Positions 1 through 8,531 of a stretch of DNA of 41,696 nucleotides are shown here, in pieces; within the stretch, counting starts at the first letter, position 1; every line of letters starts with the position of its first letter. The stretch is from Deltaproteobacteria bacterium (GTDB lineage: Bacteria; Bdellovibrionota; JACOXK01; 2-02-FULL-40-11). The stretch covers positions 1-41,696 of the forward strand of contig JAHFEZ010000003.1 of assembly GCA_023248265.1 (NCBI GenBank), written 5' to 3'. Below the pieces are notes generated by a model that saw nothing but the letters and a program-made list of their open reading frames with translations, searched no databases and had not been told where the DNA came from. Both the position numbers and the translations under genes were made by a program.

Positions 1-4
1 TTTT

Positions 5-799
5 TCATTGCAGTATTTCAATAAAACTTTTTATATGCTCTGGAATGATTCTATAATTAAGCGTTGTTAAATAAATAAATTCGTTCTTATATTTTTCTAT
101 GGGATAAATGTGTAACTTACTCTTATTTGTAATGAGATGGGAAGGCACCATAGATATGCCCATACCTTTTTCTACGAAGCGAATTTGAGCAGTGGGTGAG
201 TTAACTTGAATAAGCTTCTGACTTTTTTTCTTTGAAAATTTAACAATATAGTCATGCGACTCACAGATAACCCATCTGTATTCATGAAGCTTACCAAGGT
301 TAATTTGTTCCTTTGATATCAATACAATTTTTTCCTGAAATAGTTTTCGTGAAGTTAATAGTTCTGTCTGAATATTTTTGGTATTCAATGCTAAGTCAAT
401 CTTACCTTCTTCTATCAACTTTTCAATAGCTGAGGGGGATGTCATATGGATATAAAAGTTATATTTTTTGACTTTGCATAGTTTAGAGAGTCTTTCAACA
501 AGCCAGCTTTCCAGAACGCCTTGAAGAACACCGATTCTTATATCTTGGATGGGTTCTTTTGAAAACTCTGAAGTTATCCATTCATCAAAATAGTGGCCTT
601 TTTGATAAAGTTCTTGACCCTTAGGGGTCAGCATCACTCTTTGAGGAGATCGAATGACCAGTTGTACGCCCAAGGATTCTTCCAAGAGTCTTATCTGCCT
701 ACTCACTGCAGCTTGTGTAACATGAAGCTCACTGGCTGCCTTGGTGAAGTTTAGGTGCTTTGCAACAGATATAAATGCTTTTATAAATCTATAATCCAT
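5..799 (-). CDS. LysR-family transcriptional regulator
   Basis: 264-aa ORF. N-terminal winged-HTH signature FTKAASELHVTQAAVSRQIRLLEESLGVQL is followed by a LysR-type effector-binding-like domain. Confidence 0.9.
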   Translation of the reverse strand: MDYRFIKAFISVAKHLNFTKAASELHVTQAAVSRQIRLLEESLGVQLVIRSPQRVMLTPKGQELYQKGHYFDEWITSEFSKEPIQDIRIGVLQGVLESWLVERLSKLCKVKKYNFYIHMTSPSAIEKLIEEGKIDLALNTKNIQTELLTSRKLFQEKIVLISKEQINLGKLHEYRWVICESHDYIVKFSKKKSQKLIQVNSPTAQIRFVEKGMGISMVPSHLITNKSKLHIYPIEKYKNEFIYLTTLNYRIIPEHIKSFIEILQ

Positions 800-984
800 A
801 AAGAATGCTCATAACATAATTTAATCACAATGATAAGAACTTTTAGTTTTGGTTATCATTAAGTATGGGCTATCTTGGTGCCAGATAAATAGCTTGCTTG
901 AGCAATCCCATTTTGAGGCAGGATAGCAAACAGTCTGTCATTCTGAGGGCAAAACCCGAAGCATCTCAGCGATTAACAGGCTGG

Positions 985-1269
985 CTACGCTACTTTGAGC
1001 TGAAGAGTCAAACCCAACCGATAAGCAATATCAATAAGTCGATCTGTAGAAATGCTTTGGATATCCCCGTTCATAATGGCTGTAATGACTGTTCTACCCA
1101 TATTTGCTTTTTTAGCACTTTGAAGATGTGTCCATCCGTTCCGTCGAATCCTGTTTCGGATGGCCATGACAAGATCTCGCCTCATCCCCACTTTAGCAGC
1201 TTGAGATTCCGAAACTCTTAAAATCTTACAAAGTTCTTTAACATTTCTAGCTTCAAAAAACGCTCTCAT
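985..1269 (-). CDS. XRE/HigA-like HTH antitoxin
   Basis: 94-aa ORF with HTH core (GWTHLQSAKKANMGRTVITAIMNG) and C-terminal STDRLIDIAYRLG, as in HTH_37-type antitoxins. It overlaps the upstream toxin ORF by 4 nt. The toxin-first order matches HigBA. Confidence 0.8.
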   Translation of the reverse strand: MRAFFEARNVKELCKILRVSESQAAKVGMRRDLVMAIRNRIRRNGWTHLQSAKKANMGRTVITAIMNGDIQSISTDRLIDIAYRLGLTLQLKVA

Positions 1270-1589
1270 ATTATCATCTCCTTTAATCTTTTCTGACCAA
1301 GAGAAATTTCATGGTCTGGGGTAGCTTCAGTTTTCTTTTTAAACATATGAAATACAAGGACGCTCTCCTTATGCTTTGTAAAATAAAACACTCGATATTG
1401 ACCTGAGCTATCTTTGATTCTTAATTCATGAGCTCCATGAAAAACAGAAGGCATAGGGCGGCTTATAGGCATTCCTAAAGATTCTCCTTCCGCCAACAAG
1501 GAAAAGAGTTCTACAATATATTCTCGTGTAGAATCCTCTAAACTTTTCATTTCTCTAACCACCGCCTTGTGAATTTTTATGCTCTTCAC
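1266..1589 (-). CDS. RelE/ParE-superfamily toxin, HigB/Gp49-like
   Basis: 107-aa ORF with a GTG start. The pattern HELRIKDSSGQYRVFYF...VLVFHMFKKKTEATP resembles Gp49-like/HigB mRNA-interferase toxins. It is translationally coupled to the antitoxin. Confidence 0.8.
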   Translation of the reverse strand: MKSIKIHKAVVREMKSLEDSTREYIVELFSLLAEGESLGMPISRPMPSVFHGAHELRIKDSSGQYRVFYFTKHKESVLVFHMFKKKTEATPDHEISLGQKRLKEMII

Positions 1590-1598
1590 TTTCTAAGT

Positions 1599-1631
1599 AT
1601 GTCATAAATTTATGACATTGTCAAATTTGAC
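1599..1631 (-). promoter_or_regulatory. Candidate TA operator overlapping a promoter
   Basis: Perfect 20-bp palindrome ATGTCATAAATTTATGACAT (1599-1618) abuts a perfect 12-bp palindrome GTCAAATTTGAC (1620-1631). On the minus strand, TTGACA-17 nt-CATACT lies inside them and ends 6 nt before the toxin GTG. Confidence 0.55.
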
Positions 1632-1717
1632 CTTTTTTTGGGGTGATCTTTTAAAAATAAAATTATATTGATAATAATCAATGGTCTCTTTATTCTTACT
1701 GAGATCGAAGAAAACAT

Positions 1718-2632
1718 ATGATAACTAAATCTAAGATGAAACGCCATTCCGAAGAATATTTTGGAGAACAAAGAGATTATTGGTGGAATCGTGATTTTTT
1801 GGAACTCATGGCCAAGAGATGGAGATTGGATAATATTGGTCTCGTGCTCGACGTAGGATGTGGAATCGGCCATTGGGGACAGCTTTTGGCTTCTATACTA
1901 CCAAAGCATTCCAAAGTAATCGGAGTAGATAGAGAGTCAGATTGGGTCGACAAAGCCCAAGTCAGAGCAAAAAATTTAGGATTAGATAAACGATACAGTT
2001 ATAAAAAGGGGGACGCTCAAAATCTTCCATTTAAGGATAACCATTTTGATCTTGTCACATGCCAGACAGTTCTCATGCATGTGAAGGATCCAAAGGCTGT
2101 TCTTAAAGAAATGTTAAGGGTTTTAAAACCTAAGGGATTATTGATGGTGGCTGAACCTAATAATCTCGCATCTGCAATGGTTAAAAGTAATGTAGATGCT
2201 AAATGGCCTATTCAAATCATCCTAGATACTGTTAAGTTTCAACTCATTTGTGATAAAGGAAAGCAGGCTTTAGGTGAAGGGAGTAATTCTGTGGGAGATT
2301 TTGTGCCTGGATATTTTTCAGAATTGGGATTGGAACAGATTCAGGTTTATATTTCAGATAAAGCCTGGCCACTCTATCCCCCTTATAAATCTAAAGAACA
2401 GCAAGTGATTCTAAAACAATCTTTAGAGTGGCTAGAAAGAGACTTTTGGATATGGGACAAAGAGGATACTAAGCGTTTTTTTATGGCTGGTGACGGAACA
2501 GAAAAAGAATTTAAAGAATTTTGGTCACGGGCTATGAAATATAATAAAATTTACAAACAGGCATACAAACAGAAAAATTTTAGTTCTGGAGGTGGTGGTA
2601 TGACCTATCTTGTTTCTGGACGAAAACCATAA
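1718..2632 (+). CDS. Class I SAM-dependent methyltransferase (cytoplasmic)
   Basis: 304-aa ORF. SAM-binding motif I VLDVGCGIGHWG, plus DLVTCQTVLMHV and LKPKGLL motifs. The start could also be the Met 6 codons downstream. Confidence 0.85.
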   Translation: MITKSKMKRHSEEYFGEQRDYWWNRDFLELMAKRWRLDNIGLVLDVGCGIGHWGQLLASILPKHSKVIGVDRESDWVDKAQVRAKNLGLDKRYSYKKGDAQNLPFKDNHFDLVTCQTVLMHVKDPKAVLKEMLRVLKPKGLLMVAEPNNLASAMVKSNVDAKWPIQIILDTVKFQLICDKGKQALGEGSNSVGDFVPGYFSELGLEQIQVYISDKAWPLYPPYKSKEQQVILKQSLEWLERDFWIWDKEDTKRFFMAGDGTEKEFKEFWSRAMKYNKIYKQAYKQKNFSSGGGGMTYLVSGRKP

Positions 2633-2975
2633 TTCAAAAACCACACATAACGACCAGACTTAAAGCCTAAGATTCTTCACATTTCCCAGGATGATTGCTG
2701 CGTTAGCCATCCTGACAATTTAATCCGACAGTTTCTCGATGGAACTTAAAATCCACTGTCAATATTTTGGGTAGCCGATGCACCCAAGACGAGTCACCCA
2801 TTTAAAGAAATACCTTTTGCACATCGCCGGAAAATAAGCGGCGTGCTTAAAGGTATTCCTCAGGATTAAAGTTTGATAATGGGCTTTATTGTCCTTCGTT
2901 TAAGACAACATCATTTAGACAAACATAATCATCTTCAACATGAGTACATGCCCATCCGCTATATACAAAAAGGAC

Positions 2976-4241
2976 CTAAGGGATCTGTACCCTCAAATTA
3001 TTTCGACTCCCAATGGCTGTTAAAAAACTTGCATAATTCCATGTCAGATCTCTAGCGGAAATCATATAGCCACTCTTGCGATCAATTTGTTCTGATAAAG
3101 ATCCATCAGGATTGGCATGCAACTGAACTCGTGCCATAAACTCATCGCCCTTTTTTATCTCTCCAAGCTTGTAATAAAATTCTGCTAAGGCAAACGTGGC
3201 CAATACCCAAGGATTACCACCAAAATACTGATCTTCCGGATATCTCCCGATAGCAATGCCTACCATGCCATTTTGATTAATAGAATAGAGGGATTGAAAA
3301 GCATCTTCCAAGCGTTTTGCAGTAGCTAAAACTCGAGAATCTGAAACAGACATAAATCCATCATCCGTAGTTCCATGAAGAACTCCTAAAATGACTGCAA
3401 CATCGAGCCCACTGGTTTTATAATCCAAACCTCCATCTCGATCTAGCGTTGCAACGATAATGCCACGCTCAGGATTCCAATGACGTTCAATTTCTGATTC
3501 AAGTTTTTTAGCTTGAGACCTGTAAAACTCTGCTGCAAATGGATCATCCAGTTTTTGTGCAAGGCTAGCGCCTTCTATGAGCGCACGTCTTTGAACCATA
3601 CGTGTATAGAAATGATGCCCCTTGACTTCTTCCCATAGATCAAAGGATGTGTCTTGCCAATGATGAGAGACATACTCAAGATCCAATTTAATGACAGAAG
3701 AGGTTGGGAGCTTTCCATCATAGAGCTTTTCTCTAACGATATTTTCTTTACCCATCTCTAGTAAAGAATTAGCAAAGTGAATGAGAGTAATGGCCCTCAA
3801 GGCTGGACCATCATTTTGAGGACGCCCCCATGGATCATTGAAAGCGCTGCCATCGATATTAAACTTAGGCTCCCCCAGACCTGTGAGTGTATTTATTTTT
3901 TGATTTTGTCGAGAAAATTCAACATAGTCCATCATGAGATTAAAATTTTTTTCATCAAATCTTTCAACAACATCCATGGTCAAAGCAGCATCTCTGACCC
4001 AATGATAATAGTAGTTTGGATTTTCTTTCGAGGGAGAGGCAGCCACAGATCCCCTAGCCCCATCGGCAGGAGAGATATTTAAAAGCATTTTTTGAAGCAC
4101 AACATCTTTTTCTCTTTTGAACCACGAATCTAGTCCCTCCTTCGCATTTACCTTTAATCCCATACTTATGATGAGAAGAAAGAAAACTCCACCTGCCACC
4201 TTCCTACGTGTAATCAGATTTTTTTTATTTAAGTCATTCAT
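2976..4241 (-). CDS. Secreted GH15 glucoamylase, catalytic domain only (eukaryote-like type)
   Basis: 421-aa ORF with an N-terminal signal or anchor helix. AAGGAG lies 6 nt before the ATG. Motifs LDSWF, ASPS..NPNYYYHWVRDAA, WGRPQNDGPALRA, DLWEE and LTWNYASFLTA match the glucoamylase (alpha/alpha)6 domain. Confidence 0.9.
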   Translation of the reverse strand: MNDLNKKNLITRRKVAGGVFFLLIISMGLKVNAKEGLDSWFKREKDVVLQKMLLNISPADGARGSVAASPSKENPNYYYHWVRDAALTMDVVERFDEKNFNLMMDYVEFSRQNQKINTLTGLGEPKFNIDGSAFNDPWGRPQNDGPALRAITLIHFANSLLEMGKENIVREKLYDGKLPTSSVIKLDLEYVSHHWQDTSFDLWEEVKGHHFYTRMVQRRALIEGASLAQKLDDPFAAEFYRSQAKKLESEIERHWNPERGIIVATLDRDGGLDYKTSGLDVAVILGVLHGTTDDGFMSVSDSRVLATAKRLEDAFQSLYSINQNGMVGIAIGRYPEDQYFGGNPWVLATFALAEFYYKLGEIKKGDEFMARVQLHANPDGSLSEQIDRKSGYMISARDLTWNYASFLTAIGSRNNLRVQIP

Positions 4242-4348
4242 AACAATCTCCTTTTGTTAATGTTTTTGAATTGAGATTGTTTTAAACGAGATCGGCCAAA
4301 ACTTATTCGTTGCCGTCTTCTTAAATTTCGGTTAAATCGTCATTATCT

Positions 4349-5245
4349 ATGATCACCAAGCCCGCACCTCTTTTATGGAAGGGATTTGAGATTCATCCCG
4401 AGGGGGCTCTTTTAGAGCAGGTCATTGATTTATCGCAATCCATGGGTGTGGCTTATGAAAGAAGTTGTGATTTTTTTAAAGATTTTCACATCCATGATCG
4501 ATTGATGTTTGTTTTTCCTCGGGGAAGCTCCATTATGGAGGTACGCACCCAAAAATCTCAAAAGACCACACAAACATGGGTGATTGATCACTCAACCGTT
4601 CTTATTGTTCCAAAAAACGTTGTTCATGATGATGAAGGCAAGAGCGCTATTTATGATACCTTAGCGCTCTATCCAGATGAGCCTCTTTTAAAAAATGTTT
4701 TTAAATCTTTGAAGACTCATCCATCTCAAGTAGAAAAATTTACTTCTTCTGTTGCCAAGATCCATCGAACATCATGGCTTTCACACCTTTTGGAGGAATA
4801 CTTTTTTAGAAGAATTGTGACCTCTTCGAGAGCTCCTTCACAATTAGAGTTTTTTGAAAAAGAAATTACTCAAGAAGTCCTTCGTTGTGCATTGGATATA
4901 AAAGAAGGCCTGAAGGCCACAACTTCATGGATTGATACTCAAAAAACTCCAGACAGAGCTTTGCAATTTATAGAAAATCATTTATTTGAAAATTTATCTC
5001 TTCAAACCATTGGGAAGGAAGCGGGCATGAGTGTTTCAACATTGCTCAGAGAATTTAAGAAAAAATATAAAAAAACTCCCTATGAATACATCCGCCATCG
5101 TAGACTGGATGAAGCCAAGAATTTATTAAAAAAAGAAACTCATTCGGTAGGCGAAGTGGCAACACTTGTAGGGTATGAAAACTTTGGAGCATTCTCGGAG
5201 GCTTTTAAAAAGAAGTTTGGAATGTCTCCATCTAAGCAAAGTTGA
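4349..5245 (+). CDS. AraC-family transcriptional regulator
   Basis: 298-aa ORF. C-terminal double HTH (LSLQTIGKEAGMSVSTLLREFKKKY ... VGEVATLVGYENFGAFSEAFKKKFGMSPS). Divergent from the glucoamylase gene. Confidence 0.88.
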   Translation: MITKPAPLLWKGFEIHPEGALLEQVIDLSQSMGVAYERSCDFFKDFHIHDRLMFVFPRGSSIMEVRTQKSQKTTQTWVIDHSTVLIVPKNVVHDDEGKSAIYDTLALYPDEPLLKNVFKSLKTHPSQVEKFTSSVAKIHRTSWLSHLLEEYFFRRIVTSSRAPSQLEFFEKEITQEVLRCALDIKEGLKATTSWIDTQKTPDRALQFIENHLFENLSLQTIGKEAGMSVSTLLREFKKKYKKTPYEYIRHRRLDEAKNLLKKETHSVGEVATLVGYENFGAFSEAFKKKFGMSPSKQS

Positions 5246-5284
5246 GATTCCCCTCCTCATCAAGTTCGAGAGTTTATTAGAGAT

Positions 5285-5356
5285 TGCGCCTAGGTGGATT
5301 CGAACCACCATTTTAAGCTTCGGAGGCTTATGCTCTATCCATTGAACTATAGGCGC
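5285..5356 (-). tRNA. tRNA-Arg (anticodon CCG)
   Basis: Cloverleaf read by hand. Acceptor GCGCCTA/TAGGCGC, D arm GTTC-AATGGATA-GAGC, anticodon arm TAAGC-CTCCGAA-GCTTA, T arm GGTGG-TTCGAAT-CCACC, discriminator A. No encoded CCA. Confidence 0.9.
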
Positions 5357-5380
5357 ATCTGTGATAAATGACTATGTTTT

Positions 5381-6622
5381 ATGCATTATTTTATCTACAA
5401 AAACAATAAACTTTTTTGCGAAGATGTTGCTTTAGAAACGATCGCTAAGAAAGTTGGGACACCCACGTATGTCTATAGTCAAGCTACGCTTACCAGACAT
5501 TTTAAGGCCTATGAAGATGTCCTAAAAAATCATGATCATTTGGTGTGTTTTTCTGTCAAAGCAAATTCTAACTTATCTGTCTTAAAGCTTCTCTCAAAAC
5601 TAGGAGCAGGTTTTGACATCGTCTCTCAAGGCGAACTCTATCGCGTCTTAAAAGCAGGCGGCAATCCTCAAAAAGTTGTATTTTCAGGCGTTGGAAAAAC
5701 CCAAGAAGAAATGGCCTATGCCCTTCAAAAAAATATTTTGTGCTTTAATGTGGAGTCTGATCAAGAACTAGCTCTCTTAAATCTTGTCGCACGAAAACTT
5801 AAGAAAAAAGCTCCAGTCTCCATACGCGTCAATCCCGACATTGATCCTAAAACACATCCCTATATTTCAACAGGGCTCAAAGAAAATAAATTTGGAATTC
5901 CTATTAAAGAAGCTTTGGCTCTCTATCAACGTGCCTCTGAGTTCTCTGCTATTCAATTCATAGGGATTGATTGTCACATTGGCTCTCAAATGCTCTCTTT
6001 AGAACCTATTTTAGAAAGTGTTCGAGAACTAAAAAAAGTAATCCTAGATCTAAAACAAAAAGGAATTCATATCCGACATCTCAATATCGGCGGTGGACTG
6101 GGCATTCCCTATTCTAAAGAAGTACCCCCTTCTCCTCAAGAATACCTCAAAGACGTACTCCAAGAATTAAAAGATTTAAAAATAAAACTTTTATGTGAGC
6201 CCGGCAGAACCATTGTGGGAAATGCAGGAATCCTTCTCACAAAAGTTTTATATACCAAAAAAACGACTTCTAAAAATTTTATCATTGTCGATGCCGCCAT
6301 GAATGATTTGATTCGCCCCACTCTGTATGATGCCCATCATGAAATTTGGCCTGTGGAAAAGAGATCCCTCGCTTCTATATCCGTAGATGTCGTTGGCCCC
6401 ATTTGTGAGTCAGGTGATTTTTTAGCCAAAGAACGTGAGCTTCCTCACTCCCACGCGGGCGATTTTTTGGCTATTTTGAGCGCGGGCGCCTATGGATTTT
6501 CAATGTCTTCTAATTATAATTCTCGCCCCCGAGTTGCAGAGGTTTTGGTTAATGGCAAAAGTTTTAAAGTTTGCCGCAAACGAGAAACTCTAAATGACTT
6601 GATACGGGGAGAAAATCTATGA
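5381..6622 (+). CDS. lysA: Diaminopimelate decarboxylase
   Basis: 413-aa ORF. PLP-dependent fold-III decarboxylase pattern (FSVKANSN, GGGLGIPY, EPGRTIVGNAG, CESGD, GAYGFSMSSNYNSRPR). Confidence 0.93.
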   Translation: MHYFIYKNNKLFCEDVALETIAKKVGTPTYVYSQATLTRHFKAYEDVLKNHDHLVCFSVKANSNLSVLKLLSKLGAGFDIVSQGELYRVLKAGGNPQKVVFSGVGKTQEEMAYALQKNILCFNVESDQELALLNLVARKLKKKAPVSIRVNPDIDPKTHPYISTGLKENKFGIPIKEALALYQRASEFSAIQFIGIDCHIGSQMLSLEPILESVRELKKVILDLKQKGIHIRHLNIGGGLGIPYSKEVPPSPQEYLKDVLQELKDLKIKLLCEPGRTIVGNAGILLTKVLYTKKTTSKNFIIVDAAMNDLIRPTLYDAHHEIWPVEKRSLASISVDVVGPICESGDFLAKERELPHSHAGDFLAILSAGAYGFSMSSNYNSRPRVAEVLVNGKSFKVCRKRETLNDLIRGENL

Positions 6623-7956
6623 TTGTTATGAAGTTTGGCGGTACTTCGGTTGGCAGTGCTTCTCAAATTCACAAAGTTTCTCAAATTGTTTTCGGACACC
6701 TCTCGCGACATCCTTTGGTCGTTGTCTCTGCTTTCAGTGGTGTTACCAACCACCTACTCGAGCTTATCAACCTCACGACTCAAAAGAAAAAGATTTCCTT
6801 GGCAGAGCTCATTCAACGACACAAAAACGTTCTTCGAGAGCTCAAACTCCCTGACACTCTTTTAGATGAAGAGAGCGAAGAGGTGGCAGCTCTTTTTCAA
6901 GGAATTTCTTTACTTCAAGAATGCAGTCCTAAAACAAAAGATCGTATTTTAGCTTTTGGCGAACGTGCATCTTGTAAAATCGTAGCCAGTTATCTCAATA
7001 CGGTTTTGCCCAAATCCACTCTGGCCATTTTTTCTTACGATTTAGGCCTTCGAACCACAGCCCATTTTGGACAAGCCCTTCCTCTCAAAGAATCGGATTC
7101 CATCATTCAAAACTCTGTTTCACATCACAAAGACAAACTCATTGTTACAACAGGCTTCATTGCAAAAGATCTGGAGGGAAATATCACAACGCTGGGACGA
7201 GGAGGCAGTGACTATTCTGCTTCTTTGATGGGCGCCGCCCTCCATGCCGAAGAAATTCAAATTTGGACAGATGTAAATGGCATTATGACAGCCGATCCTC
7301 GCCTTGTTCCTCATGCTCATTCCATTCGCGAAATGAGTTTTGAAGAAGCCTCCGAGCTTGCCTACTACGGAGCCAAAGTCATTCATCCTGCTACCATGCT
7401 ACCGGCCATTAGCAAAAATATCCCTGTGCGAATTTTAAATACCAATGAACCTTCTTATCCTGGAACAATCGTTTATAAAGAAAAACAAAAAATGGAAGGA
7501 ACCATCAAGGCCATTGCCCATCGCTCAGGACTTACGATTGTCAACATCACCTCTACACGCATGTTAGACCAACATGGATTTTTAGCTAAAATTTTTGAAA
7601 TCTTTGCAAGACATCGAGTCAGCGTCGATATGGTTTCTACTTCAGAAGTTTCAGTCTCTATTACCGTTCAAGAGGGACAAGATCTAGAGCCTGTTCTCTC
7701 AGAATTGAAAGTTTTTTCTGAACTATCGGTTGAAAAAGGACACGCTGTGGTCAGCGTCGTAGGGGAAGGTTTAAGAGAAGATCCAACCATTGCCGCAAAA
7801 GTTTTTACCCTTCTTCGAGAAGCACACATTCCCATTCGAATGATTTCCCTGGGAGCTTCTAAAATTAATTTAAGTTTTATCGTTGATGCAACGCAGACAT
7901 CTCAAGCCGTCACAGCCCTTCATTCCGTCATTAATGTATCTGGAAGCTCATTTTGA
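6619..7956 (+). CDS. lysC: Aspartate kinase (monofunctional class)
   Basis: 445-aa ORF. KFGGTSVG N-terminus, TLGRGGSDYSA, and C-terminal ACT-like repeats. ATGA overlap with the lysA stop. The start may be 3 codons downstream (MKFGG). Confidence 0.9.
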   Translation: MIVMKFGGTSVGSASQIHKVSQIVFGHLSRHPLVVVSAFSGVTNHLLELINLTTQKKKISLAELIQRHKNVLRELKLPDTLLDEESEEVAALFQGISLLQECSPKTKDRILAFGERASCKIVASYLNTVLPKSTLAIFSYDLGLRTTAHFGQALPLKESDSIIQNSVSHHKDKLIVTTGFIAKDLEGNITTLGRGGSDYSASLMGAALHAEEIQIWTDVNGIMTADPRLVPHAHSIREMSFEEASELAYYGAKVIHPATMLPAISKNIPVRILNTNEPSYPGTIVYKEKQKMEGTIKAIAHRSGLTIVNITSTRMLDQHGFLAKIFEIFARHRVSVDMVSTSEVSVSITVQEGQDLEPVLSELKVFSELSVEKGHAVVSVVGEGLREDPTIAAKVFTLLREAHIPIRMISLGASKINLSFIVDATQTSQAVTALHSVINVSGSSF

Positions 7957-8531
7957 TCATCTGATTTTTTTGGAAAATATTTAGAAAGAATATTGCCACA
8001 GGTTTCTACTGCCCTCACAAATCCTTCTTGAATACGACAACTTCGAATATCAAGAGTCAACTGCCGTACAACTTCATCCCATGTTCCCGCAGGCACTTTT
8101 TTATGAATACCGGTATCTGCCAATACTTGCACCCGACGCTCAAAAAGAGAAACAAAAATTAAAATACCATTTTGATCGCGTGTGGCATGCAGATTGTGCT
8201 TATAAAAAGCTTCTACAGCCCTTTGAAAAACTTCTTCTTCCATTTCTTTTTTAGGAATACTTAAACGCTTTAAAAGGGGAATATGAAAAATGAGAAAACT
8301 TACGATCATCAAAGGCATTTCAACAAAAAGATAATACACAAATTTGAGATGCGGAAATAAAAGATAAAAACAAAATGTCAGGGCTAAGCACAACACAAAA
8401 CCCCAATACCATGCTGCACCCATATAGCTATCGCTAGAAGGAACAATCATCGTTACAATTTCGCCCGATGTTTTTTCTTCTGCTTTTTTAACAGCTGCTT
8501 CAATAGCTTTTTTTACTGCTTCAGTTACCAT
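7920..8531 (-). CDS. TPM-domain (TLP18.3/Psb32/MOLO-1 family) membrane protein
   Basis: The track ORF is trimmed to ATG 8531 (MVTEAVKKAIE...). The removed W/R-rich extension is the alternate frame of the upstream gene's Gly-rich tail. Contains the TSGEIVTMIV motif and TM helices. Confidence 0.8.
   Translation of the reverse strand: MVTEAVKKAIEAAVKKAEEKTSGEIVTMIVPSSDSYMGAAWYWGFVLCLALTFCFYLLFPHLKFVYYLFVEMPLMIVSFLIFHIPLLKRLSIPKKEMEEEVFQRAVEAFYKHNLHATRDQNGILIFVSLFERRVQVLADTGIHKKVPAGTWDEVVRQLTLDIRSCRIQEGFVRAVETCGNILSKYFPKKSDDQNELPDTLMTE

Noticed and set aside
898-1221. 107-aa plus-strand ORF, and the hairpin-like sequence GTCATTCTGAGGGCAAAACCCGAAGCATCTCAG at about 940-975.
   Set aside because: The ORF is antisense to the well-supported antitoxin gene and has no RBS or recognisable domain. 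The hairpin is short and imperfect, and is most simply the terminator region downstream of the TA pair. Its resemblance to the CTGAGGG arms of the 14810 element is too short to claim homology.
5357-5380. Expected lysine riboswitch (L-box) or leader upstream of lysA-lysC.
   Set aside because: Only 24 nt separate the tRNA gene from the lysA start, which leaves no room for a riboswitch.
7920-7956. 37-nt 3'-end overlap of convergent lysC and the TPM gene. Likewise, the shared TTAA stops of the convergent genes at 25182-25185.
   Set aside because: This is consistent with the generally compact gene packing here. The C-termini involved are non-conserved tails, and no functional claim can be supported.
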